From NCBI GenBank assembly GCA_036172245.1, contig JAYWIR010000018.1, positions 682,001-746,000 of the forward strand: 64,000 nt of DNA, written 5' to 3'. A program made the position numbers and the translations under genes. The DNA comes from Raillietiella orientalis (Eukaryota). Positions 39,200-53,900 of the stretch are shown here, one piece after another. The notes under the pieces were generated by a model, which saw only the letters and a program-made list of their open reading frames with translations, had not been told where the DNA came from and did no database searches. How positions within the stretch are numbered: the first letter of the stretch is position 1; every line of letters starts with the position of its first letter.

Positions 39200-39800
39200 G
39201 CTTGTTTCTTCGGAATGGTCTTTGAGGCGCACCCTGTCCTTCTGTCCTCCCATGCCCATCTCTCTCTCGCGGACACAAAGTCTGCAGTTTTTCGGTCTGC
39301 ACTGCCCGGACTTCTCTTTGCGCCACCGGTTCGTGGTCCGACTGCCAACTGATAACCGTTTCGCAAATCCAGGCATTCTCATCTTCAGGCGACCAGCCAA
39401 GCAAATGTGCTTGAACTTTATCTTCCTCCAACACCATCTGTCGCCATAAGTTTCAGTTCTCCTGAAGATTCGTCAACTTTCCTCTGTTGGATTTTTCCCC
39501 ACCTTGTTGACTATCTTGACCTTTAGAAAATCGATGCTGGCATCTCCGTCATCAGGGATACCTATCGCTGCCTCTTCTCATCTTCAGTGATGATCTTGAA
39601 CTCGCTTCCTTTTACCACTGTCTACTCACGGCTACCACCTACGCTTACATCTCTTTGGCATTCAATCACTGCTCCAAACTAGTCTTTACTTTGGAAGAAG
39701 GATACCTCGTTGTCCTTCGAGTTAAATTCGAAGATTGCCTTGACGGATACAATCTGCCTAGGAGAAATTAAAGGAAGATATGCCAGAGATCCTGTTTCAC
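39200..39800 (-). mobile_element. Possible RTE retrotransposon C-terminal relic
   Basis: LAGRLKMRMPGFAKRL..W resembles the RTE WAGHxxRM..R..W tail. Many stops. Confidence 0.22.
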
Positions 39801-41380
39801 TTGATTTCAGCGATCATGGAAAGAAACAGAAATTAGGTTTATCTGCCGAAAAGGCTCTTTAGTATCATGAAAGCTGCTGAAATAATTCTGCGTGAGCAAT
39901 CAGGAGTTTTGCAGTTCTCGAACCAACTTCGAACTAATCTTGCTGCCTCAGATCATTGCGATATTCGAGCTGCCTTTCTTGACACCACTCGGAAAATACA
40001 GAAAGACAAAAACGAAATGATATCGTCTGCATTTATTTACTTTGCATTTGAATCTGAAGATGGTTCATCTTCTTGAATGGATGGCTTGTAATCTAGGAAT
40101 CGTGCTTCACGAAAAGAAAACAGAACAGAATTCACGCATTGGAAAACTGCTTTTCCGTGTGTGGATTGTTATTGATTGAATTCCAGATGATGTCTGCAGC
40201 ATGTGCATTGCTGCGCTTCATAGAATATTATTTCTTTTTACTTTGCAAATCCAAACCAAAAGGTTATCCTCTTTTCGTTCCAAAGACGTTTGAAATTCCT
40301 TAAATATAAATTTCTTAAGTATAAGAATATTCATTTTCTTATACTTGAAATTTATATCCACGGGCTTTTCACTTTTCATTTCAAAAGTGTCCTAAATACC
40401 CTATAATACACATTTCTTCAATATTCTTATATTTCAGACACTTTTGGAATGAAGGTTGTGGATTTGCAAAGTAAAAAGAAATCATCTTCAGTTAGGTTGC
40501 CATGTATCCGTAGTACGAGTGATAGAACAACTTATGAAATCCTGTTCTGCATTTCGACATCAAAAGGAATCCCTCTGAAAATCAAAAGCAGAGAAACAAA
40601 GAAAGCCACTGAATCTTGCTTCAGCACGGAATAGATATCAAAACATTTTAATTGTTTGTTCTGGTATGTGGGAATTCAGGACTCGTGTGAACTTCAGAGA
40701 GCATTGTAGGTTCTGGATTTGAGTTTCTCTGGGAAGTTAGGATCCTGTTGATAGTGTCTCAAAAATACAGTGTTACCTTTATAGGAAGCAAGCAAAGCAG
40801 CTGCTAAAATAAAACTTACTCATTCTGTATTCATTTAAAGAGACTTTTGACTTATGAATCAAGCCAGTGAATGAAAGATTAATACGTTTAAATATGTTCT
40901 GGCTATTTAAAGTTTTCTTTTCAAGGTTTTGTTGTCCATTAACATTGTATTTTGCATAAAATTTTTGATCCTTCCCTCCCCCCCTAATTCAAGTGTTATT
41001 AAGCAAACACTTATAATTCGTTTAATTTGTTCATTCAATGCACACTTTAATTCCTTTTCGAAGTGGTGATTTCCAAAATTATTGCAGGACCGTAGAGAAC
41101 ACATTTTCATTTTAGAAAAGAGTGCCTTCTATAGGTGTGTAGAGATTCTCTTGAGGTAATTAGTATTCCTGAAGACGAGGTAAACATGCTTTTGGTCCTG
41201 TTAGTCTACAGACGAAAAATGGTGTGGTTGAGGATGAACATGTAGTCTGTTGCCGAACTGGTGATCAATTGTAATGAAATTGAATAGGGTGCTATGGCCC
41301 TCTTGTGCTGCCGTAAAGGTCATGAGTAATAATTCGGTTTTAAACATTCAGAGACTTGAAAATATGTGTATCAAGTGAAT

Positions 41381-44300
41381 ATGAAAGGCACTGGTGAAGA
41401 GGGTGAAGATCCCCTTTATGATGTTCTAAAAAGCGTACAGCTGGAACAGTTTATTGGTAGAGTTCGGGAAGAATTGCAGGTAAACCACCCAACTGAAAAT
41501 TTTGAAGTAATGACAAAATCGTGGTATTGATAAACTTGATAAATAGGACTTCATGCGATTTAGGGCTACGTAAACTATAATTCGCTCAAATCACATTAAG
41601 TACGTAATAAACTATGAACGCAAAGCAGTTCCTGTGTATTTTTGTCAATGTTGAGGTAATTAATCAGGTGCTTTTGTTTATTTTGTAAACCGGTGTTAAT
41701 AACATAAAGTTCATTTCCAGTTACTATTTGGTAATCTGATATTTTAATAGATTTTTAAAGTTGCAGTAGTAGGCTAACATTTGTCTCTCTGGAAATACGG
41801 TTTCTTTAAAATTTGGAATACTTCAGTTAATTCGATCCATCACCTTTATGATTAAGCTTATAGGTTAGAAACTTGTTGCTTACAGCTACTTGAACATTCA
41901 GGCCTAATTTTCAAGATTTTGTCAGAAATGGTTTTTTTGTTTATAGATTACTAGATTGGAGCACTTTGAATATGTAGTATTTGAAGATCTTGAGAAAATT
42001 GGTATGTCAAAACCAGCCATCAGAAGGCTGATACATGCAGTGAAGCAGTATAGAAGTTGTAAAAAGAAGTTCAGTTTTCAGAAGTTCATTTCTAATCACA
42101 ACGATAAATCCAATACTGCTATGAGACTGAATGCACACTCAGTTAGGTCAGAAAGTTGCCTGATAAACGAAAAGGTATTTCTGAATTTATTGTGTCAATT
42201 TTTAAACAGGTGTGCATATGATTCTCAATAAAAATTAGGTATGTAACAGTATTACAATAGTAAGCAAAAGTTACATCAAAAGTTATGTTTGAGAGTTTCA
42301 TATCTGCTTTATTTTGTGATCACTGGAATTGTTGTGCATCTCATATGATGCATAAACTTTGTTTTCTAGGATATCACATTAGTTTCGGATTTGGGTTCTG
42401 GCTCATTTGGTATTGTGAAGAAAGGATATTGGAAAAACTCTGAAGATGCGAAAATACCGGTTGCTGTAAAAATTCTCAAAGATCACATTTCAAAAGATCC
42501 AGATAGCATAGCTGCCTTTCTGAAAGAAATTTACTCAATGCATGTGCTGTGCCATTGTAATTTATTACGTTTGTTTGGGGTTGTGTTGTCAACAAAGCTG
42601 ATGATGGTAACAGAACTTGCCAATTTTGGCTGTCTTCTTGATTTCATTAAGGAGAATTCAGCAAAAATGCCCCTTATCTCTTTTTTCGATTATTCATGGC
42701 AAGTAGCTCAAGGAATGGAATTTTTGGAGTTGAAAAATTTCGTACATGGTGATTTAGCATGTAGAAATGTATTTTTAGTGTCACTTTATAAGGTAAGGAA
42801 AAAGTTCGATGATATAATTGGTATTGATTTTTTGTAGTATCAAAATAATCTTGCATATGTTCCATTATACAGAAACTTCAGAATAAAATTGCATATAGGT
42901 CTACTTTATTCAATGTCCGAATGTTTAAAAATGTCCTTTTTGTAGTGATTTGCTTAGTGCTTTTCATTTTCTTTTTTGCATGAAAATTGCATACACTCCA
43001 ATTAACAATTTACAATGGTAGAGCTAAAGAACATGCATTTTGTATTATCTTTGCATTTCTTTAGCAAAATATGGACCGTAGATTAGTACATTCACTATCA
43101 ATCAGCCAAGCTTTTTTAAATGTGTGGATGTGCAGGTACACAATATGCATTCATTGAACTGTATGATTACTTGAATGGGTGGTTTAAGTATGCAGATATG
43201 AAATTTATTTTTGCATTCATTTGACTGGCTCATTCTGTTTGTCCAAGTAACTTACAATAGAGGTGCAACAAGAAAGAGCAACATTAATAGTCATTAATAG
43301 TGTTTCATTCTGGTGCTCAGTTCTCTCAGAATGTACTTATGTGTTTGGAGCTAGCTTTAGTAAACTTTGATAATTATCTAAATTGTGAGTTGTGAACTTT
43401 ACCAAGCTATTGTTGGTTATGTTTTACAAAATTTATCAGCAAATATTTATCAGTTAATATTCTTAGCACAGATCACATTTTTTATTTTGTTTTCATTTTA
43501 TCCAGTGAAACTTACTGTAAAAAAACTTTTTCCTCGTTCATTGTTTTGACAAGTTTACTCATTTATGAATATTACCATTCATTATAACCAACTTGGCAAA
43601 TGTACCTTACTATTCCTACCCATTGTACTCCTTAGTTTTTCTCTTGTCACTTTATTGTTATGGAAAATTTCGTCAAAGAATTTTCGTTATAAAGGATTCA
43701 CTGTGGAGCAAATCAGTGTTCAGTTTCTGTCATCATTGCTTAAAGGGGTTCATCATTATGTTTTATTGTATTTATCCTAATTTTGTTTGGTAAAGTTTCA
43801 ATGTTTATTCTGCCAAGTGCCCAAACATTACCCAAATGAAAGACAAATGGAAGTTTAGGCTTAACATTTAAGCAAGGGAGAGCTGATTAAAAAGGATATT
43901 TGTTTATAGATTGAAATTTGCTAAACTGGTGAAGAGAACATAAAGAAAGGCATTATTTAGAGCAGTGCTGTTCTTAAAACCAGTTAGGTATTCAGTAAAA
44001 TATAAACAATTACAGAGGAGGCATAGGTCATATGTTTTATTTAGGAAGTGTAATTATCAATTATGAGCTTTACCTAGAAAAGCAGTAGTCTGCAATGAAA
44101 ATGGTGTTTTTGAATTGGTTTCTGAACAGAAAAGCTCACGGATTTCAAATGAAACTTTTTTGTATTATGTGTATGTATGTATCACCAGCACTACAAGGTG
44201 CTAGAACTCACAAAACATAGATAACAGCATAAATGTGCTAGTGTCAATACAGGGTGAGTGATTTCAAAAGTGATCTAGAAGTGGTTTCTTGTTTCTTTTT

Positions 44301-47300
44301 ATGCATTGCACTGTACTTTTTGTTGCGTGGTCAGCTTTAAGTCTTGCCAAATATATTCTAATGTAATTCACATGCTAATTCATGCTCACTTTAAAAAAAG
44401 CATAACAATAGCAAAAGTCAGACAAGAATAAATGTGGAATTGCTCAATTAAACAAGCTTTAACAGCTTTATCATGTCAGCAATGAGTCAAACAGTGTTTC
44501 TTGGTAAACAAATGGCTTGATGTTGGATATGAAGGAATTCTAGTTGAAGTGGCATAATTTGTGTTCACTGTAACTGAACTCAAGTGGTAACAAGTGCATA
44601 CAACTTCCGAAGTTCTCCATCTCAAATAGCCAATGTGAAATTCAAAGAGTGAAGAATAGGAACAGAAAAACCATTGTTTCATGTTAACATCATTAATGAC
44701 TCAAAAAAATAAAAATGTGCAGTAAATAAATTAAGTTATGAGGTAAAGGAGTCATCACTTATGATAAATATAATGATGGTAATGTGTTGACTGATCATGA
44801 TTCTCCATTCCTTGTGAGCAAGTGTTCAGAAGACATAAAAAGTTCATAGAAACATGTTCTGATTGACTGATTTTGTGTGTTATCCCAATGCACTGCAAAT
44901 ATGTTTACTGCCAAACCTTGGCATGGGCAAAACTCCATGTTAAGATTTGAGATCAGTATGTTTGGTTACATTTCCTTTGTTCACCCTGTTTTCCTTGAAG
45001 TGTAAAAATCAGAGATTTGATGTTCAAAACTTTTAATACACCTCACTGTTCAAAAATTAATATAAGTTCACTTCTTAAATTCAACCATGCAACCATCAGG
45101 AAGGGCAAAGAATGTATGATGATGAAATTGCGTACTTTTATTTGTTTTTAAATCCCAAATTAGGAAAATCAAAATCTGCTCACCATGTTTTTACTTTCTG
45201 TAGATGTTCATAGAAAGCTTGAATTCTTTGTTTTTCCAAAATATAAAATTAGAACGAAATTTCTAAAGTGTAAATGAGGATTAGGATATAAAATAAATAA
45301 CGAGTAATTAATTATCTGATTGCATGTTCGTATTTTAAAAAACGTATTTCAAAAACGATGTTATAGCTTGCAAATATTTATTAGCCTGCAATGCTTAAGT
45401 GATATCTAGATTTTCTGTTCAGGTCAAAATTGGAGATTTTGGTTTCATGAGAGCTGTTTCCAATGATAGGACATTTTATGTGATAAGTAAGGATCAGAAA
45501 ATTCCGTATTCTTGGTGCCCACCAGAGAGTTTGAAATTTCGTCAGTTTTCTCATGCATCAGGTAGTTTTTGTGCAACAAGTAATTTTATGTTACAAAAAT
45601 TTTGTGTGTGCTTATAAGGCATTAAGAATGTATGATTGATGGAGATGCAAGCATAGGTGAAGGAATTTGGGGAAAGGGTCTTTTGATATACAACTGATTT
45701 TGTTTTTGTTTTTGTTTTTTCAGTAAAGCATTAATCAACAACAAAAAATTAGCAACTCCTTTTATCCCACAAGTTACATAAAATTGTTCTTTATATTTAA
45801 AAAAACTAGTGTAAATTCACAATATGGTTTTGCATTAATTTTTAAAGCATCTGTTTATTAAATCTACGTCCATTTCTTTAAAAAAAAAAAAAAAGAAAGT
45901 TATTTGCTTTTATATTTTGTTGCTGTACTGCATTATAATGTGTGCCTTACAGGAATTAAGCTAAGTCTATAGAACAAGGTGTCATCAGTAAAACAAAGTA
46001 TTCAAGTCATTCATTTTCTGAACACTATGCATGGATCTCACTGCTTTTCCAATTGTAAATCACGTTTTGTAGTTGTAAGCTTGTGTGCTTGCTGTGCATA
46101 TAGCAATTTTTTAAAACAGGAGAATGAGTTGGTTAATGACTGATGATAAAGCATTCGGTAGTTGTGAGTTTGTTTTTAAGTAATCAAATCAAAGCACTTC
46201 CTTGGATTCATTAATTTGCTAAATTGCAGCAGTCTTAATTGTTTTGTATGATTATAGGTTACTGTTGCAAGATGCATCTTGTGACAATCACACAAGTAGG
46301 ATGCTTTAAAAAGCACTTGGAAGTGTCAGATTATTGAATTAGAGCTGGCTATTCGAGCATATATTTAAAGTTGCAATTCAGTTTTATTTTCTAGGTGCCT
46401 TTGAAAGGCTCAGTGTTTGATTTTTTTTTTGTGTCATTGTATTCCCTTAATCTTGTTTTACATCGTCAATTTATCCCGGAATAATTACAAAAACTACAAA
46501 ATACGTCAATCATTTTTGATTTTTAATTCAATGTTTGAAAGTACTGGTTTGCAGTTGAAGAAAACATCTGATATCCAGTCAAAAAATTGAAAGTTCTGTG
46601 TAGCATTTCGATATTTTAAATGCATTTTGTGGGTAAATTACGAACTACTCAACTAATATTGTAAATTCGGAATTGCGCATACTAATAATGGTTTAAGTTT
46701 TAAATCTGTTTAGTATTAAATTCAATTAATTAATTTTTGTTTCAGTATGTTATTGCAATAAACGTGCAACTTTCTTTTTCACTACTTATCTAATAAATTA
46801 ATGATGTTCATTGTTTATCAGATTTTTTGGTAAAAAGATTAGTTCAGCTCACTTATGTGTTTCATCATTTTTGTAATTTTCTTCTAATTTACTACCATAA
46901 TAAGGTGAAACGATAATGGTGTAACGTTCAGATAATGCAGTGCAAAATTTTGCCAGAATCATATCAAGAACAATTATGGAATTAGATTAATTAAATGACA
47001 TTGTGAACAGTCAGTAGTACACAAAATCTTTGGAAGGAGATGTATTTGCACTGGTTCTTTGTTCCAGAGTAAAAAGGTACAAATGAGGGAGGATTAAATT
47101 TTATGCAGTGTACAGTTTTCTGTTGCTATATGACTTTTGAGATTGCAAGAATAGAAAATAAAAAAAGAACATTTCTTCATGAATACAAGAAGATGAAAAT
47201 TATTCACATCTCCCTAGTTGTATCGTATTTTCTGTCTGGAACTATCCAGTACCATGGAGTTTTTATGATGTGGATTTTTTTTATCAGTAGACTTTTAATG

Positions 47301-48730
47301 TTTTTTACCTGCCCTTTCTAATTTTCCTGTAACAGCTAGATATAGACATGATTCATAAACTGTTTACTTCAGTTCTGAATGGTATATATGTGTATGACAA
47401 CCTGTAATGCAGGAATTAAAGCGCATGCTTTATTGTGACTTCATTTTATAAGACAGTTGCCTTTCTGGAATATGACTCAAAACCTGAATTGGGGGAGAAA
47501 ATCATTCAAAATTAATTTTATTAGAATAAGATTAGGGTATATAAAAAAACAGTAGAAATACATAAAAAAGTATTTTACTCCTGCATTTTGTACATCATTG
47601 CTATTGCAATCATCCTTACTAGATGTCTGGATGCTTGGAGTTACTATTTGGGAAATGTTCAGCTTTGGTGAAGAACCATGGCAAGGCCTTAGCCCAACAG
47701 AAGTACTGAACAATTTAGAATCTGGAAAGAACCTGCCTAAACCTCCCCATTGTTCTCAAGAGATGTTCAATATTTTGCTACATGTTAGTAGAATTGGTTT
47801 GTTTTATTGTAATATAACTTGATTCCAGTGTTGGCACAAGAATCCTTTAGAGAGACCTAGTTTTACGCTATTAAAATCCAAATTATCAACTGCATTTCCA
47901 GAGATAGCAAAAGCTATTAGGAGATGGGAAGAATGTGGGAAATTAATGTTAGAAGAAGGAGATGCTGTCCTAATTATTGAAGGCCGGTTAGTAGTATCAT
48001 GCATTTTTTCCAATTGTTTTTTAAAATCAGGCCTGAGAGATATTGGTGGAAAGGTCAAAATCAAAGAACTTTTCGGTTTGGAGAATTTCCTAGGCAAATA
48101 ATTAGACGTGACCAAGGTCTCTGTGCAGCAGATATTAGTTGGCCATTACAGAATTCTTTTATCCATACAGGTATCATATAAGTCTTTTATTTGATTTTGT
48201 TATCTGCCTTTTCTAGGTCATGGTTCAATTGATAGCAAAATGTGGGGTCACCCTGGTGTAATCGACGAGATTTATTTACGTAATCCCTTGAGTCCATCTG
48301 ATTTGTTGGGATCATCAACTGAAAATTCAGTTATTTCTCGATTGCCAGTTAAAAAAAGTAAGTTGTTACTTGAATGCATTAAATGTATTAGGATCTAGTT
48401 TTTTTTCCAAAACAATTCAACTATAATCGGCTTAAAGAAGAACATAAGATTGATAATAAAGCATCCATACCATCGTATGGTAATATAAATCATGTTGCAT
48501 CACCATCATCGTCTTCACTTTCTAACAAGCCACATGGCGATGAATGTCTTATTGATCTCAGTGATCCTCCTAGTTGCCACAGCTCTAGATTCATGTCTCC
48601 TGTGATAGTAGAAAAAAGTCATAAAAAAGTTCCCTTGAATGCGCATAATTCTTATGAAAATGCTCCATTGGTTGTTCATGAATATTCTGAACCTCCAGTT
48701 GAAGTAGATTGGAATACTTTCATTACATGA
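41381..48730 (+). CDS. TNK2: ACK family non-receptor tyrosine kinase (SAM, kinase, SH3, CRIB, clathrin-box-like LIDL); 9 exons
   Basis: Exons 41381-41479, 41947-42174, 42370-42792, 45423-45561, 47623-47783, 47829-47986, 48031-48170, 48217-48357, 48399-48730. [29 protein letters not shown]. Kinase [38 protein letters not shown]3 [28 protein letters not shown]. Confidence 0.93.
44400..44900 (-). mobile_element. Possible P-element/THAP9-type transposase relic in ACK intron 3
   Basis: [20 protein letters not shown] resembles YIAGYVxxKLxxxxCxxCxxxL. Weak. Confidence 0.2.
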
Positions 48731-49899
48731 AAAAGTTTGTTATAAAAAATATGGATCTTTATGGAAAAAAGCTTTATAGAACAAACGTTATGTGATCTCA
48801 TAGAAATACCCGTGGAAAAATGTTTCTTTTTTCATATCTTTCAATTTATTACTGATTTTTGCAGTTGCTAGAAGCAAATAAACTGAGTTTCAGCAAAACT
48901 CTGATATTGATTTTTGCTTTATTCAGTTGTGTCAAATAATTAAACAGATGATCAGAGAAAATTTGTAGGTTGCGAAATAAATTGAGGATATATTATGTTA
49001 TGAATATTACCATGATACCCAAAACCTTCACTCAATTATTGGAAACAAATTTATCTTGGAATGTCCAGATTTGGTGAATATATGTTATTGAAGTTTTTGA
49101 TTCTGTTGTCAACTTTATTTATATAATAGCTTCCTTGAATCCTTGAACAATCATGTAGTTTGCTGTTATCAAAGTGTAAATAGATTTGCTTTCAAGTGAC
49201 ATATAAATTTTTCTCATTAAGCACAACTTTTGTAGTTCACCACCTTGAATCTCATCTCTTGAAGCAGTTATGTTAATTGCTTGGATTTCATTTTTTTTTG
49301 TATGTGTGTGTGTTTTAATTGATGTTTTGAATTTCTTAAATGAGATTAGTTGAATTATGTTTTTTATTCTCGTAGATAATGTAAGACATTTCCTGAAGAC
49401 TTTGTTTGAATACATATTTCTTGACTATCGCCTGCCTACTTAGCTCATTGAAAGAATTCTTTGCATTCTTTTGAAGCTACGATCAGCAGGAGTAAGCATT
49501 AAGACTAAAAGTGCTAGAGTGTATACAAAATTTCCGGAATAAGTGAGAAAGATTGTGATAATCAAATGATTGTTAATTATCTGTGATCGGGTTTTTACCT
49601 ATTAAGTATTCATCAGAGATGACTGATCGATTTTTAATATTAGCCCATGTTGCTCCAAGTATTTGTGTGCCAAATTGTTTTAGAAAAATAATGTGGCATG
49701 CAAAATGTGCCAATATTTTGTTAGGAGATAAGATTGGATGGGATTGTGTGAATTTGAGATGAACGGATTTTTACAAAATGTGTTTTACAAAAAGATTATG
49801 TCTTTTGCAAGCGTAATAAATTTAATGTTAATGAATCTCTTGTTTTGGAATTGTACTGCAGTAAACTTGATCAGGAAAACTTCATTCCGAATGATGAAA

Positions 49900-50220
49900 T
49901 ACTTAGAGATCTTTAACTAATTCATGATAAATTGACCACTCAGGCTGCGTGCTTTCACAGTTCTTAGTCTGCAGACATTTGGAATTGTTAAACAATTTCA
50001 TCTTCATTAATAAATACTTTACCAACAACGTTGTGCTTGTTGAAATATCAATGCATGTTGATCCAGCCTCTGGAAGAGCATGGTTCTTTCCACACAATTG
50101 ATAATGGCAACTAGTCCAGCATCCTTTATGCAAGAAGCCATATTATAATTACTATTGATTGAAACAGTTTCTTCATTAAATGGATGTAATAACTGGTATG
50201 ATATAACTGAACACATATAT
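49900..50220 (-). mobile_element. Possible P-element/THAP9-type transposase C-terminal relic
   Basis: SCIKDAGLVAIINCVER and LLVKYLLMKM resemble the KxxGGL...IxxxxE and YxxxR tail motifs. Frameshifted. Confidence 0.22.
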
Positions 50221-52199
50221 ATGTGATCTCAATTATTGTTTAGCAAAATTATTCTTAATTTGTAAGGTTGAGCTCAAATGATCATTTTCTTTGTTATGAG
50301 AACAACTGAAATGTGGGAAAATCATGACACGATATGGAGACCTACAGTGCTAGTATTTATTTTTCATGTACCTTGCTAATGGAGTGAAATGTATTGTGGC
50401 CAAAAAAGAGCAAATGCTTATTTTGTCATGGTGAGGTCAAATTTGATAGAAAAAAGATTAGAAACATATTTAAGTAAACACATAATTGAAGTTAGAGCAT
50501 GAGAGCATGTTTTCCAGTGTACTTAATTCAGCAGACTACCTGATTTGACAATAAATTATAAAACAGCAAAATGATTGCCTATTCAAGTAAAGTATATGTT
50601 TAGAAATAAGCGTGATGTTGCTCATGGGGACCAGATTCGTCTACATGTGTATTTCGTGTTTGGCAGCTTTAGAGTCGGCTACTTTGAAAGGTCATGTTGG
50701 TCCATGGTCGCATTATATGAACTCAGCAGCAGCTAAGCAAAAGACTTCTGAATGTGCACTTTGGTTTGGGGGCGAACTTTTTCTTTTAATCAGCAAGTGG
50801 ACTTTGAGGTTGTTCAACACCTTGTGTTGCGGAGGCGGCTGACTAACTGGAGTCTAATTGCTCTAGCAAAAATGCACAAGGATTAATTTTTGCAGACCGG
50901 TGTTTTCACGAATACCGCAAGAATCAGGAAGGAGCACAATTTCCTTATATTTTTTCCAGACTCGTATCATCTTTATCGTATCGTATGATCTTCGTATCAT
51001 CGTGTTATCTTCCGAAATTTAAAACCGAGCATGAAAGTGAAACTTGACTTTTCAGTGTATAGGCATTCCGTTATAACAAAAGCATTATCTGTTTTTTTCT
51101 CTGGTCTCACTGTCTTGTTTCTTCCTTCAGTGGTAATTTCTGCTACTAGCAAGGAGTCTACTCGGTATCAAATTCAAGAATAATTCCTATTCAAAAGCAT
51201 TGTAATACAAATGCAAAAATTCTTTACGATGGGCTGACATGGAAGTTCTTTGCAGAGCTTCTGGTAATTTCTCAGAACTTAACGTCGACATCAACACTTA
51301 CTTTATCTCCTCAAATACTGACATTAAAAACAGTACATTTATAGCCGTGATAGCCTTGACTCAATTTGCTAATTTGAGATTTCCGAAGGTGTTTTCATAT
51401 CAACGTCTCTTTCACCTGAAAATGGAGTTCTATAACGCCTACACTGCAAGAAATTCAAAAGAATGTGCTGTTTAATTTCCTATTGAATTCACGAGAAGAA
51501 AAACGAACACATTCCCAAGTTGCGAGATGAGGGAATTCTTTTGAGTTTGTCAATTTGTCGGTTTCAAGACTAATGTAATGCTGACCATTTGCATCGGTTG
51601 CTATGGAGCTGCAACTGCAACACTGCGCCACTTCGTTTTTATGAACTGCTGCAGATCTTCTCCGTGCTGAAGATGTATTAGGTATATGTGGCCTTCATGA
51701 ATGCTTGCTATCTGCCCTATCTATTCCCAGGATATTCCAAATACCCCAAGAATTTGCAAAATAGTGTTGTACACAAAGAAGTACAACTGGGAAACAACTT
51801 TACATATCTATAATTTTCTCATATCGATCGTCTTGTCGCGAAGATATAATATTATACAAGCTCTGAAGACAGGAAGTCGAAACCGAAACTGTAATCTCAT
51901 GATTATGTACCGAACACTCTCTGTGAGTTGTCTAATGTTTGTGGCATGAAGAAAAAAAACTCAGCTTGCGGGAATGTGAAAAAACCCTCTGTGACTGACG
52001 AAGAACTGATTGATAGAATCAAAAGATGTGGGAGATGAACTAGCTTAAAACTTCAATAACCTAAAGCTCAATCCTGGATGATTGTTTCTACCTTAGATGC
52101 AATCAGAGAGGAAGAATTATCCAGTATTTTACTTACTGATTCAGATCCTCTACCTAATCTTAACATCTTCAAAGCGGCACGAAAAAAAAAAAACCTTCG

Positions 52200-53900
52200 C
52201 CAGAATTCGTGTCAACCCTTGTATCAAATGCTGATACATTAAACTTTTCCAGATATATAGGCGCGTTTGGTAACAAGACGTGACATTTGGAAGTCTTCTG
52301 GGGTACCACGCACTTTCAGTGAATCGTTTCGTATTCTGCATATGCCAATCATTCCACAGTAATCTGTAGTCGGAAGAAGAGATGCTGGCTCGCTATTTTC
52401 TAGTGGCCCTTCTGGTAGTAATCTGGAGACTTGTCGCCAGAAAACCCTCAGGAAAGCTGCTGAGGATGGTTCTTCTGATTCCCCGAATCACAAGAATTCT
52501 CACGCATAATAAACAAGTTTGTGGAATCATCAAATAGGGTTTTTCTTTCTTGGAACTACAATGATTACACGTTCAGTGTGCACTGATATGTGCTTAGATT
52601 GCCATGCTACTTAATAACACGGAATTAATCTAAAAGAGAGGCGTCCGCCTACAACGTTTTTGTTCTTGTCAGTTGTCATTCATAACTTGTATGTGCCCCT
52701 TCTAGAGATATAGATTGAAACTTTCAGTATGACTTTTTTGAGAACAGTAATTTATAGGTGATTTTTCGTGGGAGTTTCCATCAATGTTTTTTTTTTTTCG
52801 CTTCCTTTCATTTATCCTACGCAAGAATCTCAATAAAAAATACTTGCCACATCATTTCGGACAAATCATTCCTACCGTGACGGAATCGTATTTTCAGTTG
52901 CAAACTTTTCTGCTTGCAGACAGCAAGTTGAGCAAACTTTCTTCCTTTCAAGCAGAAAATCGTTTCAGTTCTTAATTCATTAAGGTTGGTTTGAAAATCG
53001 GCCACAGAAGGACTTCTTGTTTTCTGTGGGTTCTATCAAAATTCTTGATGCGGAACATATTCATGGGCAATAGTAAAGAAGGACCAGATCATTTGTTTAG
53101 AGTTTCTTTTATTTATATGGAAACTGTATAGATAGATAACACCTCTGTGTGAGAATAGCACTTGATGTAATTATTGACGGAAACAGTTCAGCGCCATGCT
53201 TTTTAAATATCAACACACTCATGTGTATATAATGTAACCTTATGATAATTATAAGTGCATAGAATGTAAAACACGAAATGCTTGTATCAGAGCACGCCTA
53301 TGAAAGCTCATTAAAAGCAACGAGGTTAAAGGCGCCTCACCGAATCATCAACAATTCATTTCAAACAGATTAAAAAATGCATTCTCCTATGGAATAATCC
53401 GCTCAATATAAAATTGGGCTTTTTTGTAATGGCTACCAGATGAATATTTATTGGGCTCTTTGAAAGATAACAAGAAGGAAATATGTTCTGCAAATGGCAT
53501 CAACTTCCTTAGCAGAAATTTCCCTGGAATGGAACTCTGATGAAGTTCTTGACTCATGGGAACGAAGGACTATAAACAGCAGCTTATTATCCATATATCT
53601 GTAGATGTTTGAGAATATTTGTTTCAGCACTGAGAATGGATTATAGATAAATTGATGATGCTATATGCATACAGGATCGAGAATCTTGTCCAGGAACATG
53701 ACTTTAAAGTTTCCATTTCAACTTAACTTTCATCCGAATTACTTAAAAATTCAGAAGTTTTCATTCATGGCTTGCTTTCCGAATAGCTATATTTGAAGTT
53801 TTCCCTAATCTCAGATTCCAGAACATATTCAGATCAATGTGTTGCGTTGAAGTTCATCGAACAAAATCCAGCGTCCTACTGAAGTATATCTCACTCAAAC
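52200..53900 (-). mobile_element. Possible decayed Ty3/Gypsy pol relic
   Basis: IYRYMDNKLLF (VYxDDILI-like) and a downstream VVPRR..LF segment. AT-rich and heavily broken. Confidence 0.2.
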
